Assembly (NCBI RefSeq): GCF_009914755.1
Contig: NC_060927.1
DNA from: the human T2T-CHM13v2.0 reference genome, Homo sapiens
Strand: one strand, 5' to 3'
Length of the DNA: 64,000 nt
Shown here: positions 1-14,000 of the stretch, one piece after another
Numbering within the stretch: the stretch's first letter is position 1
Layout: each line of letters starts with the position of its first letter
Position numbers and translations under genes: made by a program
Notes under the pieces: model-generated
Told to the model about the DNA's origin: nothing
Seen by the model: only the letters and a program-made list of their open reading frames with translations
Database searches by the model: none

Positions 1-367
1 TCTCGCTCTGTTGCCCAGGCTGGAGAGCAGTGGTACGATCGGCTTACTGCAAGCTCCGCCTCCCGGGTTCACGCCATTCTTCTGCCTCAGCCTCCTGAGT
101 AGCTGGGACTACAGGTGCCCACCACCAAGCCCAGCTAATTTTTTGTGTGTTTAGTAGAGACGGGGTTTCACCATGTTAGCTAGAATGCTCTTGATCTCCT
201 GACTTCGTGATCCGCCCACCTCGGCCTCCCGAAGATTTTTTGTATTTTTAATAGAGACGAGGTTTCACCATGCTGGCCAGGCTGATCTTGAACTCCTGAC
301 CTCGTGATCCGCCTGCCTTGGCCTCCCAAAGTGCTGGGATTACAGGTGCAAGCCACCGTGCCCGGCC
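1..367 (-). mobile_element. Composite Alu (right arm plus two left arms)
   Basis: AluY-like right arm, a left arm breaking off at ~232, then a second complete left arm ending ...gtgcccggcc. Confidence 0.85.
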
Positions 368-395
368 ATGTGTGTGTTTTTAAAACTATTTTTTA

Positions 396-724
<329 letters not shown>

Positions 725-1611
725 TCAAAGTTGGCAAGCATTAAGCATGCTAATTAGTTCAACATACTGACCAATTCTCTGAATTATTAGTTCAAAGAAG
801 CATGTGGACAGGGATGAAATTAAATTTGGGAATTTTTCACTCTAGTTGTTTTAGGATACTCAGGTTTGCTTTGATCTGTAAATAACAGATGCTTTTCCAT
901 GCATGGTTTAGAGTACATCAAACATGTTCAAAACTTTATCTCAGATACTTAAAATCAAGTTATTTTATTTTCCTGATATACATGCATTTGCTTTATTTTT
1001 AAAAATAAACTGTCATAAAATAGTTGTAAGGCCATACATAAAATTTACTTTATTAATTGCTAAAATATATTGCTTATTTAAATAATCAGTTTTAAGAGTA
1101 AAAGCTTTGGCAACTATGAAAGCATAGGGAGTATGTGTTCATATGTGAATGTATTGTGTGTGTATGCATAGTATACTTTTAGGTATCTAAGTAGTGAAGA
1201 TAAATGTCTGCTTTACTTTTATTAGCTAAATATTATATTTAACTTAATAATTATTTAATCACTAGAATGAAAATAAAACTTTGAACAGAAGCATTGTTTT
1301 TAACTTAAGTTTCATAGTTTACTACCTCTTTTGGCTCTTAACCATAATTTTAGTACTGGGAAGAATTTTTTTAACGAATGGCATAAAATGGATTGCAGAT
1401 GGGATGAGAAAGGTGCAGGACCAAGAGGGTAAGAACTGAGAAGTCCTCGATTCTGTTTTCCACACTCCCTGAACAGAAGGCTTGACTGGCGTAGGCCCTG
1501 CTCCAACCTAGTGTAGGCTGCAGGAAGCCATGTGACAAGAGTCCAGATTGTTGTCCAATGGTGGAAGCCTCCCATTTATAAGTAATAATAAGAATAAGAA
1601 TGTTTGGCATT

Positions 1612-1930
<319 letters not shown>

Positions 1931-2179
1931 TTAATTCTAGAACTGAGATGCTCTTTTGCTTAGTAAAGTCATTTTTTCTTTTTGATCATTAAGCTACATG
2001 AGGTTTTGTAATGCATTCCATTTGTGGCTGTTCTTTATCAAAATATTACTATAACAGTAGCTTCCTTAGTACATCAGACATCAGGACACTGAAGGTCTAG
2101 TTGCAGTTTTGCCACTCGCTATCTTGTGCCTTTTGAAGTTGTTTAATCTCTCTGGGTATTGATTTCCTTTTTTAAAAAA

Positions 2180-2397
2180 TAGTTGGTAAACTATGACCTG
2201 TGGGCCTAATCCAGATCACAGCCTGTTTTTGTAATAAAGCTTTATTGGCATGCAGCCACTTTCTTTCATTTATGTATTGTCTGTCTGCTTTCACACAACA
2301 GTGGCAGAGTTGAGTAGTTGTAACAGAGACTGTATGGACCATAAAGCCTAAGCTATTTATTATCTGACTCTTTACAGAAAAAGTTTTCTGAATCCTA
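2180..2397. mobile_element. MER58-like hAT DNA transposon relic
   Basis: ttggtaaactatgacctgtgggcc...tttttgtaataaagctttattgg...ctttacagaaaaagttt resembles MER58A. Confidence 0.65.
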
Positions 2398-2567
2398 GAC
2401 TAGATCATCTTTGAGGGCTGTGCTGTGCCTTAGATTAGATTTCCTTTTTGTCAATTTCTCTTTAATTCTAAGTTCTCAAAAGATGTCTGTCTTTAAAGGA
2501 TATAGCATATCATTTCCTCGTTATCAAATTTGCAAATTATGAAAAGAAGGAAAATACTGAGTAGATC

Positions 2568-2750
2568 ATTGGTTCCCAAAGTACAGTCCCTCCACGAATA
2601 GCAGCTGCATTCCCTAGGAACTTGCTAGAAATGCAGAATCTAAGTCCCCACTTGAGATCTTCTGAATCAGAAACTTGGGGTGAGGCCCAGAATTTGTGTT
2701 ATACACCCTCTGCATGATTCTGATGCATTCTGAAGTGTGAGAACCACTGG
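2568..2750. mobile_element. MER5A-like hAT relic
   Basis: tggttcccaaa...gaacttgctagaaatgcagaatc...gagaaccactg. Confidence 0.7.
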
Positions 2751-3769
2751 ACTAGGTGATACAAAGTTCAGTTAACAGATTTTCTTCTGTTTTGAAAAAA
2801 AGAAGAGCTTAAATACCAAAACCATTTGATAGGTATATCAGGAGGAAAATGAAATGTTGGATATTATTACTAAGCTGGTGAAATTAATATTTTCTCTAGT
2901 AAAACTCCTTGTCATAAATTGTGGATAAGTTTTAATATAATGAGAAATTTCTGAGAGGTACATCTGTGTCACTTTCAGCATATTTTTAATGGACAGAAAA
3001 GTAAATATGATTTATTTCTTTGTGGGGTTTTCTTTTTTTGGTGGGAGATCACTTTGAATTATTTCAAAACTGATGATTTGTAATAAACAGTTTTCAGAAT
3101 AAAAGAATTACATTAAGAATTAATTTGCTTGTGAAGAAAGTGTCTTAAGAAAAGAGCATTTAAGGGGCACAGCAGCCTCTGCTGTAGCTGGATTTCTTAC
3201 CCATTTTAAGTGACATCAGTGTTGAATTGACTTTTTCCTCAGTGCTAAAAGCTGCTAGAAATGAGCACCAGTCACACTACTGATCTGTGTTAGGAAAGAT
3301 CACAAACACAGTACTTTGTAATAAATGTCAGAGGAATAGCAAAATTGTACATGTCAAGAAAGCATTACAGGATGACGTTGCTATTTGGAGAATTGCTTTC
3401 ATCTTTGAGATATCTCACACCTGCTTCATTTGGCATAGGTTGTTTCTATTTCATGAAAAACAGTCTTTTCCCTCCCCCAGATCCCAAGTTACATAGAAAC
3501 AGTATGCTAACAAGGGAAAAATTTTAACATAAAAACTCACTTGAAGGTGCCATCTAAAAACTCAGTGTGTAAACTTAGTTAACTAACTTTATTTTGTTGA
3601 AAAGGGACCCTTGGTTTGTGTGTGTGTATGTGTGTGTACACATGAATACGTACCTATGTATACATTTGTTACTGTGTGTGTGTTTATATATGTATGTATA
3701 CAGTTCATTTGATGTGCGTGTATATGCACCCATTTCCATGTATGTATTTAAAAGAATACATACAACAAA

Positions 3770-4057
3770 CTTTTTTTTTGAGGCAAAGTTTCCCTCTGTC
3801 ACCCAGGCTGGAGTGCAGTGGCACAGTCTCGACTCACTGCAACCTCCGCCTCCTGGGTTCCAAGCGATTCTCATGTCTCAGCCTCCCGAGTAGCTGGGAC
3901 TACAGATGTGTGCCACCATGCCTGGCTAATTTTTGTGTTAGTAGAGACTGGGTTTTGCTGTGTTGGCCAGGCTGGTCTTGAAGTCCTGGCCTCAAGTGAT
4001 CTGCTCACCTCAGCCTCCGAAAATGCTGGGATTATAAGTGTGAGCCGATGTGCTTGG
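3770..4057 (-). mobile_element. Alu
   Basis: Reverse dimer, TSD acaaactttt. Confidence 0.92.
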
Positions 4058-6364
4058 CAAACAAACTTTTGTATATATAATCCTTTCATACTAATATTTA
4101 ACTACTTGTAAAAACTATGTTAACCCCCAGTCACTAACACAGTTCCGTAGTCCATATTTATTATTGCTTCTTTCACTTTTCTCCTTTCTTCATGCATGAA
4201 AATATAATGTGATCCAAGGGGGTATGTGTGCATGAGGTGTGTGTTTATAGAGTAACAGTTAAATGTCTCGAAATAAACTGATTTGGATTTTTAGGTTATA
4301 GATGTTTTTGTTTTTTATTAAACGTCTTGATTGTTTGACTGTCATGGTTGTTTGTATAACTCCTTGAGAAACTTCCACATGCGGGTAGTTTTTGAAAAAG
4401 AAAATATTTATTTGCTTCAGTTTTTCAGGGGATGGTATCATACTGCTTTTTCACATTTTATGGGTGACATATTTGGCTATCTCTGGGCAAAAATCCAGTT
4501 AAAAATAATAGTATTTAATATTTAATAAACTACCAGGCTTTTGAGCCATCTGGAACTTTATTTTCTTTGCACGCAGCATCTGAGTTTCAGCTGTTAGCGT
4601 TTCTCCTTTGCTCTGGGAAGGGTCAATTGCTTTTAAAGTCTTTGAAGCTTGCTGTGTCAGCCCTTTTCATATTTTCAAAATGCCCGTGTAAAAGGGTTTT
4701 TCATCCATTCATGCTGATAAGTCTTTTGAACTTGAGGTTTGAACCAAGCTAATCAAATTTAATTATAGCTTAAATCCCGTTACAGTGAACTCCAGTGGAC
4801 TTCTAGGCTAGGGTTTTTTTGTTTTGTTTTTTTTTTTTTTTTTGGTGTTATACTGGAATTTAGCCATTACCAATATTACTTGAAGTGAGCAGGCCATTGA
4901 CTGCAGTTTGGGAGACCTTTTGTAATGGTCAGATTTTAGTTATAGTGACATTGGCAATATGATTTGAACTTTATTCTTTTCCAAAGGAAATAATTGAATT
5001 AGCCACAAGTAAAATTTCTTGTTCTTTGCATATATTTCAAATTACCTTTTCCTATTTGTCTTAAACAATTTTGAACAATTAAAATCTTAAAAGTACTTTC
5101 TTAAAGAGTCCTTTGGTGGTGGTGTCGCTGATGCTCGTTTTTTGTTTTTAAGATCCATAACAGAATAAGGATTTATATACATCCTCCTAGGGATAATGTC
5201 ATGGTTTCTGCATATTTGCATAGCATTTTGAGAGAGACTTTTTCCTTTTTGCTTCATGAAAAAAAGTTTGAGCAGTATAATTTTCTAGAAAGAAGGAAAT
5301 ATAAATATTTTAGACTGTAGCATATACTAAAGGGAGGTGGACTAGTACTGATATTTTTAGTGCTTTCTTCAAAATGATTGCTAACACGTGTATTATATTT
5401 TAGTATCTTGTTGCATTCACTTGTTAATCTGTATTTATGCTTCTGTATATGCAGAGTTTTTTGTTTTTTCCAACACAATTTAAAATTCTACTTAAAAATT
5501 ACTTGTTTGGATTTCTAAGCAGATTTGGGAATTACGGCATTGAAAATACTTTGTTGCTTTTTATGTCTCAATAAAGTCTATGCATTTTTATAATATTGGA
5601 CCAGTGTTTGACCTGCCAGAATAAAATGATGATAGAACTCATTGTGTCCTCAAATAATTGGATTCTGAAATGGAAGATAGGGTTCATGAAGAATAAAAAA
5701 TAGTAGATCTCATGTAAAGGTGAAAATTTACTTTTCTTTTTAGTATTCAACTCAAAATTGCCAGTTTCCCTGAATTTATTATAGCAATTTCTCTTGTTTT
5801 AAAATGAAGTGAAATGTGAAGTTAATTTACATACTAGCTGCTTTGAAGTGTAATTTTGCTTGCCAAGTTGTTACAGATTTTTATACAGACTTTTTAAGGA
5901 ATTTAGTAATAATGCTGCCACAGTGTGTAGGACAAGTTCATGCCTTGCATCTTTGATGGGCGTTAGAATTGTTTGCCACAGTTCCCACTCTGGTTGGAGG
6001 GCACAACCAATTCGTCTATGCCTTTTGACTTCCATGCCGGAGAGTGTGACTTCTGCATCTGTTTGTTAGTATTTTTATGTAAGCAGAAGCCAAGAATGTC
6101 ATTAGAAAGTAAAACTTTAACAAGAGGGACTGAATCCTACTAGGCCAACATAATTTATAGAGAGCAGGGGCTAACATTTTCATTTGGGAAAAATGCTTCC
6201 ATTTCTATACGTGTTTAGACGGAGTACCTTAAGCATTGTTTTAGTCTTTTCCTATCTACATGTTACCATTCAGAACTTAGGTGGATGAAACACATTTTAT
6301 ATGTAGTTACAGAGAGATACAGAATTAAAAGCCTACAGATACAAGCATTAGAATTGTGACGGGG

Positions 6365-6600
6365 GTAATTAGAAACATGGAGTCTGAAGGTAGCCTATCT
6401 GGATTCAAATCCCAGCTCCAGTACTTAGCCATGTGGCCTTAGGCAAGTTATTTAAACTGACTTATTTTGTTCCTCTGTAAGATGAGAGTAACAATAATAC
6501 CAACCTCATAAGGTTGTTGGGAAAATTACATGTGTTCCTGCATATGAAGTGCTTAGGACAGTGCCTGAAATACAGTCCTATATAAATGTTATAATTTATG
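6365..6600 (+). mobile_element. MIR
   Basis: ggattcaaatcccagctcca...ggcaagttattta...ctgtaa...gtgcttaggacagtgcctg core. Confidence 0.75.
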
Positions 6601-7504
6601 ATTATTGTTGTGATGATAATGATGATAATATCACTAGCAGCTCCTCTGAAACTTGTTGGCCTCATCCAAGGCCTATCACTTAGCTTTATCCCCAGTGTCT
6701 CTAATACTCCATCTGTTGTGCAGAAGTATATCCTGAACCTTCCTCCCTCTGAATTTGCCCACTTGGCACCTCTTCATTTGCTCTTACAATCTCTAGACCA
6801 TAAATTTCAAAGACGTGGCCCAAAATGTTGGACTCAAGGTTTTTGCAAACTACAAGCTAACATGTTAAAATTGAGTGGTTTCATATACAACTCCAGTTAT
6901 CCAAGTTTTCTTGGACAATCTGGGTATCTGGTCATAGTGGGCCTACATTTCTGCATGGCAGTAATTGTCTAGAACAGAGTAGCGGCTGCTTGTTTTGACA
7001 GAAACTGCTCTCCATGTCATCAGAGTCCCTGCCACTTCCTGTTGTTTTGACACTTTTCTCATTCTAGTCATCGATATCATTTTTTTGGGTCATGTAATAC
7101 TTATTTGCTGCCAGCAGTTTAGAGTAAGCAGCGGTTCTCCACCATGTGTTCTGCACACTCATACTCCACTAGGCCTTTGCTGATAGGTCACCAGATTTTG
7201 ATTCATGTGTAAAACATACATTAGTTAAAATCAAGTATGCATAATAGTGTTTTGGCTTTGTCTGTCAGAAGCAACATTGAGCTGGGCAGGTGTGCTTGTG
7301 TATTAGAGCTAGATACAACTTGGTGAAAAGGTTAGCCCATATTTAAGTTCAAACCAAAGAACAGTGATTAAAGCCCAAGCCAAAGAAAATTGAGATATGG
7401 GAGAGCTTTGCCTTCTGAGTGTGTAAGGGAGCACAGGTGGTGCACGCCATGTGTTCAGTGTCTCAGTGCTAGGGAGTCAGCAGGGATAAAGAAAGATAAC
7501 TGAT

Positions 7505-7660
7505 GCCTTAGAGCAGAGTTTAAGGGGCTGTGGATTGTGTCCATGGGGACCCCCCTTTGCATTCCAGGCTGTGTAGCAGCATCCCTGGCCTCTACCCACT
7601 AGATACCAGGAGCACCTCCCGTGAGTAGTGACAATTTAAATGTCCCCTGGGAGGTTGAAA
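7505..7660. mobile_element. MER20-like relic
   Basis: agcagcatccctggcctctacccactagataccaggagcacc motif. Confidence 0.65.
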
Positions 7661-8227
7661 GATGCAGAAGACATTATAATATAGTAGTTATCATGGTCTA
7701 GTCACTGTTGACATCTTTAATACTGCTTTTAGTCTTTGAATCCTTTGAAATATTGGCTTTGTACTCCACTTTTCTAAAGCATTCAGTATTTATTTTATGG
7801 CCATTTTACTACAGTATCAGAGAGGAGATATACTTCTCTCCCCCTCTCTAGTCAAGCACAACTGCAAGTATCTTTAAGGCGCAGCCACCTTTAAGGAAAG
7901 ACTTCTGGGAACAGCTAACTGTGTTGGAGGAACTGGGCTGTGGCTCGTCCTCTGCTGCTCGTTAGCCCTGTGAACCTGGGGAGGCTAGCTCCCTCTCTTA
8001 GTCTTGGCTAAAAGTGAGGTGGCTGGATCAGATAATCAGCAAGATGCCTTCCAGGTAAGATTAGGCTGTAAGTCAGAAAATATTGTAGGACTTCTGAAAC
8101 TTTAACTGCCAGTCAAGATCACTTAACTAGAATGTCCCACATTTTTCACTCCATTGAAATGAGTAACTTCAAGTGTCATGTAACATCAGGATCACTTAGG
8201 GGAATGTCTAGAGGTGCAGTAGATGAT

Positions 8228-8885
8228 TGTTAGCTTTCTGTTGCTGTGTAATGAATTACCACAACTTTAGTGGTTTAAGGTGACATATATTGATGATCTC
8301 ATGGGTCTCTACAGCAGCAGTCTGAGGACCGCGTGGCTGAGTTCTCCATTCACTGTTTCACACAGTGACAGTCAAGGTGTTGCAGGGACTGTGATCTCAT
8401 CTGAGGCTAGGGTCCTCTTCCAAATGCACAGGGCGGTTGGCAGATGGCATTTCCTTGTGGCAGTATGACTGAGGATCCTGTTTCTTGTTAGCGATTGGAT
8501 GGTGACCACACTTTACTTCCAGAGGCTGCTCTGAGGTCCTTGCCATGTGGCCCCCTCCATAGGCCCTTTTACAACATGAAATTTTATTTCTTCAGAGCCA
8601 GCAGGAGAATCTCTCACACTTCAGATCTTGTTAGGAAGGGGCTGGTTTTTCTAAGAACTCACCTTTGAAGTCAAGCCCATCCACGATAATTTCCCTCTTG
8701 ATAAACTCAGAACCAACTGATGGGGGAACTTAATTAAATCTGCAGAATCCATTCATATTTCTGATTAAATGTAACTTCGTCACAGGACTTGTCTTTGTCC
8801 TGTTCACGGTCCCATCCACACTGGATGGGGGAGGATTATACAGGGCGGGTACATCAGGGAGTGGGAATCTTGGGGGCCTCCCACA
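8228..8885 (-). mobile_element. MLT1-family MaLR LTR
   Basis: tgttagctttctgttgctgtgtaatgaattaccacaac... through ...gggaatcttggggg. Confidence 0.7.
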
Positions 8886-10492
8886 ATGCCTCTTGATTTA
8901 AAAAGATTCTGGAGCATACTTTTTCTTATGTCTCATATCTAAGCTAATATCTTCCCTTTTCTGTTCAGTTTCAGTTTTGTGTTCACATGTCTGTTGTCAT
9001 ATTTTTTCTTCTATTTTTGCAGGAGGAGGATTAGAGTCAAAGGTGTGGGGAGGCTTGTGAGCTTCTGTGAGTTGTTGTGTGTGGCTTGTATACATGCTGT
9101 TATACTGGTAAGCTCTGTAACAACCCCTGATTGCTGAACATGCTAACTGGGATATACGCTACATGGTTCACTGGTGCTTTCAGGAAACCATCGAGGTGTC
9201 AGGCATTGAGGATTCGTTGTTCACTAATACATTCTTTAAAATGCTTTTAGAATCATTATATCCAGTTTCCTTTCTCTCTGTACATGGGACTGATTAACCA
9301 CCATGTGGGTGGAAATCTAATTTGTTGCTGGCTCAGAACTTTGCAATTTTCAATACTTTGCAGAATTATCCTGTTTACCAAATGAATTGTGATAAAAATT
9401 GATACATTAGTATTAAGAGGATGACTTATAACATGTACTATGATTTATAGGGCCAAAAAGACCTGATAAACTCACAACCATTTTACCCCATAATGTTAAG
9501 AAACTCAAAAGATTTTGTCACCAAAAAGTGTATCTTGTGATTTATTTTTTATGACACGGTAGTATCACTTGTTAGAGTTCTGAGATTCTTTATTAGCAAC
9601 TGACAGTTTTCTAGGAACTGAATTTTTACACTTAGAGCTGCGAAAAGCCAAAAGCATTTCTAAATGATCTCCATCCCATTCCCCTCAAATAATAATGTAC
9701 ACGCTCATTATAGTTTGTTAGTTTCTCATGCCTTTCTTTGGTGTTCTCATGGTTGTGAGAAGTTGGGAGAAGCAGCGTCTAAATTTAGGAAATGGATTTC
9801 TTTTCTGTTACTAAGTACATTGCTATAATTTAAAGACAACAGGAGAACATGTCTTTTATCTCAAATGGGTCTGCTATTTTTCTTCTAAGGTGTTTCTCTA
9901 AGAGTAACATTATGTAATTTAATCAGTGTTATAAAAAATGGAATTCCTGGTTAGGATTTTAAAAGGTGATGTTAACAGATATCAAATTTTTTATATTAGG
10001 GATTGAAGGACTTTTATTTATTTATTTCATTTTAATTTTTAAGCTCCAGGATACATATGTAGGATATGCAGCTTTGTTACATAGGTAAATATGTGCTATG
10101 GTGGTTTGCTGCACCTGTCAACCCATCACCTTGGTATTAAGCCCAGCATGCATTAGCCATCTTTCCTAATGCTCCCCTTCCCCCCACCCCACCCTGTGAA
10201 AGGCCCCAGAGTGTGTTGTTTCCCTCCCTGTGTCCATGTGTTCTCATTGTTCACTTACAAGTGAGAGCATGTGGTATTTGGTTTGGGTTGATTCCTTGTC
10301 TTTGCTATTGTGAATAGTGCTGCAGTGAACATACATGTGCGTGTGTCTTTGTAATATAATGATTTATATTCCTTTGAGCATATACCCTGTAATGGGATTG
10401 CTGGGTCAAATGGTATTTCTGGTTCTTGCTCTTTGAGGAATTGCCACCCCATCTTCCACAATGGTTGAACTAATTTACATTTTCACCAATAG

Positions 10493-10848
<356 letters not shown>

Positions 10849-11048
10849 CTGTTTCTTAACTTTGTAATAATTGCCATTGTGAATGGCGTGAGACGGTATC
10901 TCATTGTGGTTTTGATTTTCATTTCTCTAATCAGTGATGTTGAGCTTTTTTTTCTTATGTTTGTTGGCTGCATGAATGTCTTCTTTTGAGAAGTGTCTTT
11001 TCATGTCCTTTGCCCACTTTTTAATAGGGTTGTTTTTCTTTTTCTTGT

Positions 11049-14000
11049 CTCTCTCTTTTTTCTTTTCTTTTTTAATACTTTAAGTTCTGGGGATACATGT
11101 GCACAACGTGCAGGTTTGTTACATAGGTATACATGTGCCATGGTGGTTTGCTGCACCCATCAACCTGTCATCTAGATTTTAAGCCCCACATGCGTTAGGT
11201 ATTTCTCCTAATGCTATCCATCCCCTTGCCCCCAGCCCCCAACAGGCCCCAGTGTGAGATGTTCCCCTCCCTGGGTCCATGTGTTCTCATTGTTCACCTC
11301 CCACTTATGAGCAAGAACATATGGTGTTTGGTTTTCTGTTCCTGTGTTAGTTTGCTGGGAATGATGGTTTTTAGCTTCATCCATGTCCCTGCAAAGGACA
11401 TGAACTCATACTTTTTTATGGTTGCATAGTATTCCATGGTGTGTATGTGCCACATTTTCTTTATCCAGTCTATCATTGATGGGCATTTGGGTTGGTTCCA
11501 AGTCTTTGGTATTGTAAATAGTGCTGCAGTAAACATATGTGTGTGTGTGCCTTTATAGTAGAATGATTTGTAATCCTTTGGGTATATACCCAGTAATGGG
11601 ATTGGTGGGTCAAATGCTATTTCTGGTTCTAGTTCCTTGAGGAATTGCTGCACTGTCTTCCATAATGGTTAAACTAATTTACACTCCCACCAACAGTGTG
11701 AAGGTGTCTGTTTCTCCACATCCTCTCCAGCATCTGTTGTTTCCTGACTCTTTAATGATCGTCATTGTAACTGGAGTGAGATGGTATCTCATTGTGGTTT
11801 TGATTTGCGTTTCTCTAATGAGCAGTGATGATGAGCTTTTTTTCATTTGTTTGTTGGCCGCATAAATGTCTTCTTTTGAGAAGTGTCTGTTAATATCCTT
11901 TGCCCACTTTCTGATGGGGTCGTTTGTTTTTTCTTGTAAATTTATTTAAGTTCCTTGTAGATTCTGGATATTAACCCTTTGTCAGATGGATAGATTGCAA
12001 AATTTTCTCCCATTCTGTAGGTTGCCTGTTCACTCTGATGATAGTTTCTTTTGCTGTGCAGAAGCTCTTTAGTTTAATTAGATCCCATTTGTCAATTTTG
12101 GCTGTTGTTGCCGTTGCTTTTGGTGTTTTAATCATGAAGTCTTTGCCCATGCCTACGTCCTGAATGGTATTACCTAGGTTTTCTTCTATGGTTTTTATGG
12201 TTTTAGGTCTTACGTTTAAGTCTTACATCTTGAGTTAATTTTTGTATTAGGTATAAGGAAGGGGTCCAGTTTGAGTTTTCTGCATATGGCTAGCCAGTTT
12301 TCCCAACACCATTTATTAAATAGGGAATCCTTTCCCCACTGCTTGTTTTTGTCAGGTTTGTCAAAGAGCAGATGGTTGTAGATGTGTGGTGTTATTTCTG
12401 AGGCCTCTGTTCTGTTCCATTGGTTTATGTATCTGTTCTGGTACCAGTACCCTGCTGTTTAGGGTTGCTGTAGCCTTGTAGTATAGTTTGAAGTCAGGTA
12501 GCATGATGCCTCCAGCTTTGTTCTTTTTGCTTAGGATTGTCTTGGCTATACGGGTCTTCTTTGGTTCCATATGAAATTTAAAGTAGTTTTTTTCTAATTC
12601 TGTGAAGAAAGTCAATGGTAGCTTGATGGGGGTAGCATTGAATCTATAAATTACTTTGGGCAGTATGGGCATTTTCATGATATTGATTCTTCCTATCCAT
12701 GAGCATGGAGTGTTTTTCCATTTGTTTGGGTCCTCTCTTATTTTCTTGAGCAGTAATTTGTAGTTCTCCTTTAAGAGGTCCTTCACATCTCTTGTAAGTT
12801 GTATTCCTAGGTATTTTATTCTCTTTGTAGCAGTTGTGAATGGGCGTTCACTCATGATTTGGCTCTCTGATTGTCTGTTAATGGTATGTAGGAATGCTTG
12901 TGATTTTTGCGCATTGATTTTGTATCCTGAGACTTTGCTGAAGTTGCTTATCGGCTTAAGGAGATTTGGGGCTGCGATGATGGAGTTTTCAAAATATACA
13001 ATCTTGTTAACTGCAAACGGAGAGAATTTGACTTCCTCTCTTCCTATTTGAATACCCTTTATTTCTTTCTCTTGCCTGATTGCCCTGGCCATAACTTCCA
13101 GTACTATGTTGAATAGGAGTGGTGAGAGAGGGCAGCCTTCTGCTGTGCCGGTTTTCAAAGTTAATGCTTCTAGCTTTTCCCCATTGAGTATGACACTGGC
13201 TATGAGTTTGTCATAACTATTCCATAACTATTCATAACTATTCCATAACTATTCCATATATTCCGTAACTGTTCCTGGTTTATTGGGTGTTTTTAGCATG
13301 AAGGGGTGGTTAGCATGAAGGTGAATTTTATTGAAAGCCTTTTCTGCATCTGTTGAGATAATCATGTGATTTTTGTCATTGGTTCTGTTTATGTGATGGA
13401 TTATGTTTATTGATTTGTATATGTTGAACCAACCTTGCATCCCAGGGATGAAGCCTGCTTGATCATGGTGGATAAGCTTTTTGATGTGCTGCTGGATTCG
13501 GTTTGCCAGAATTTTATTGAGGATTTTCGCGTCCATGTTTATCAGGGATCTTGGCCTGAAATTTTCTTTTTTTGTTGTGTCTCTGTCAGGTTTTGGTTTC
13601 AGGAAGAAGCTGGCCTCATAAAGTGAGTTAGGGAGGAGTCCTTCTTTTTCTGTTGTTTGGAATAGTTTCAGAAGGAATGGTACCTCTGGTAGAATTCGGC
13701 TGTGAGCCATCTGGGCTCTTTTTGGTTGGTAGGCTATTAATTACTGCATCAATTTCAGAACTTGTTATTGGACTATTCAGGGATTCGACTTCTTCCTGGT
13801 TTAGTCTTGGGAGGGTGTATGTGTCCAGGAATTTATCCATTCCTTCTAGATTTTCTAGTTTATTTGCATAGAGGTGTTTATAGTATTCTCTGATGGTAGT
13901 TTGTATTTTTATGGGATTAGTGGTGATATCCACTTTATCATTTTTTATTGTGTCTATTTGATTCTTCTCTCTTCATTGGTCTGGCTAGTGGTCTATTTTG

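Noticed and set aside
13211-13275. CRISPR-like repeat array
   Set aside because: Contiguous 11-12 nt tandem units with no spacers, inside a eukaryotic L1.
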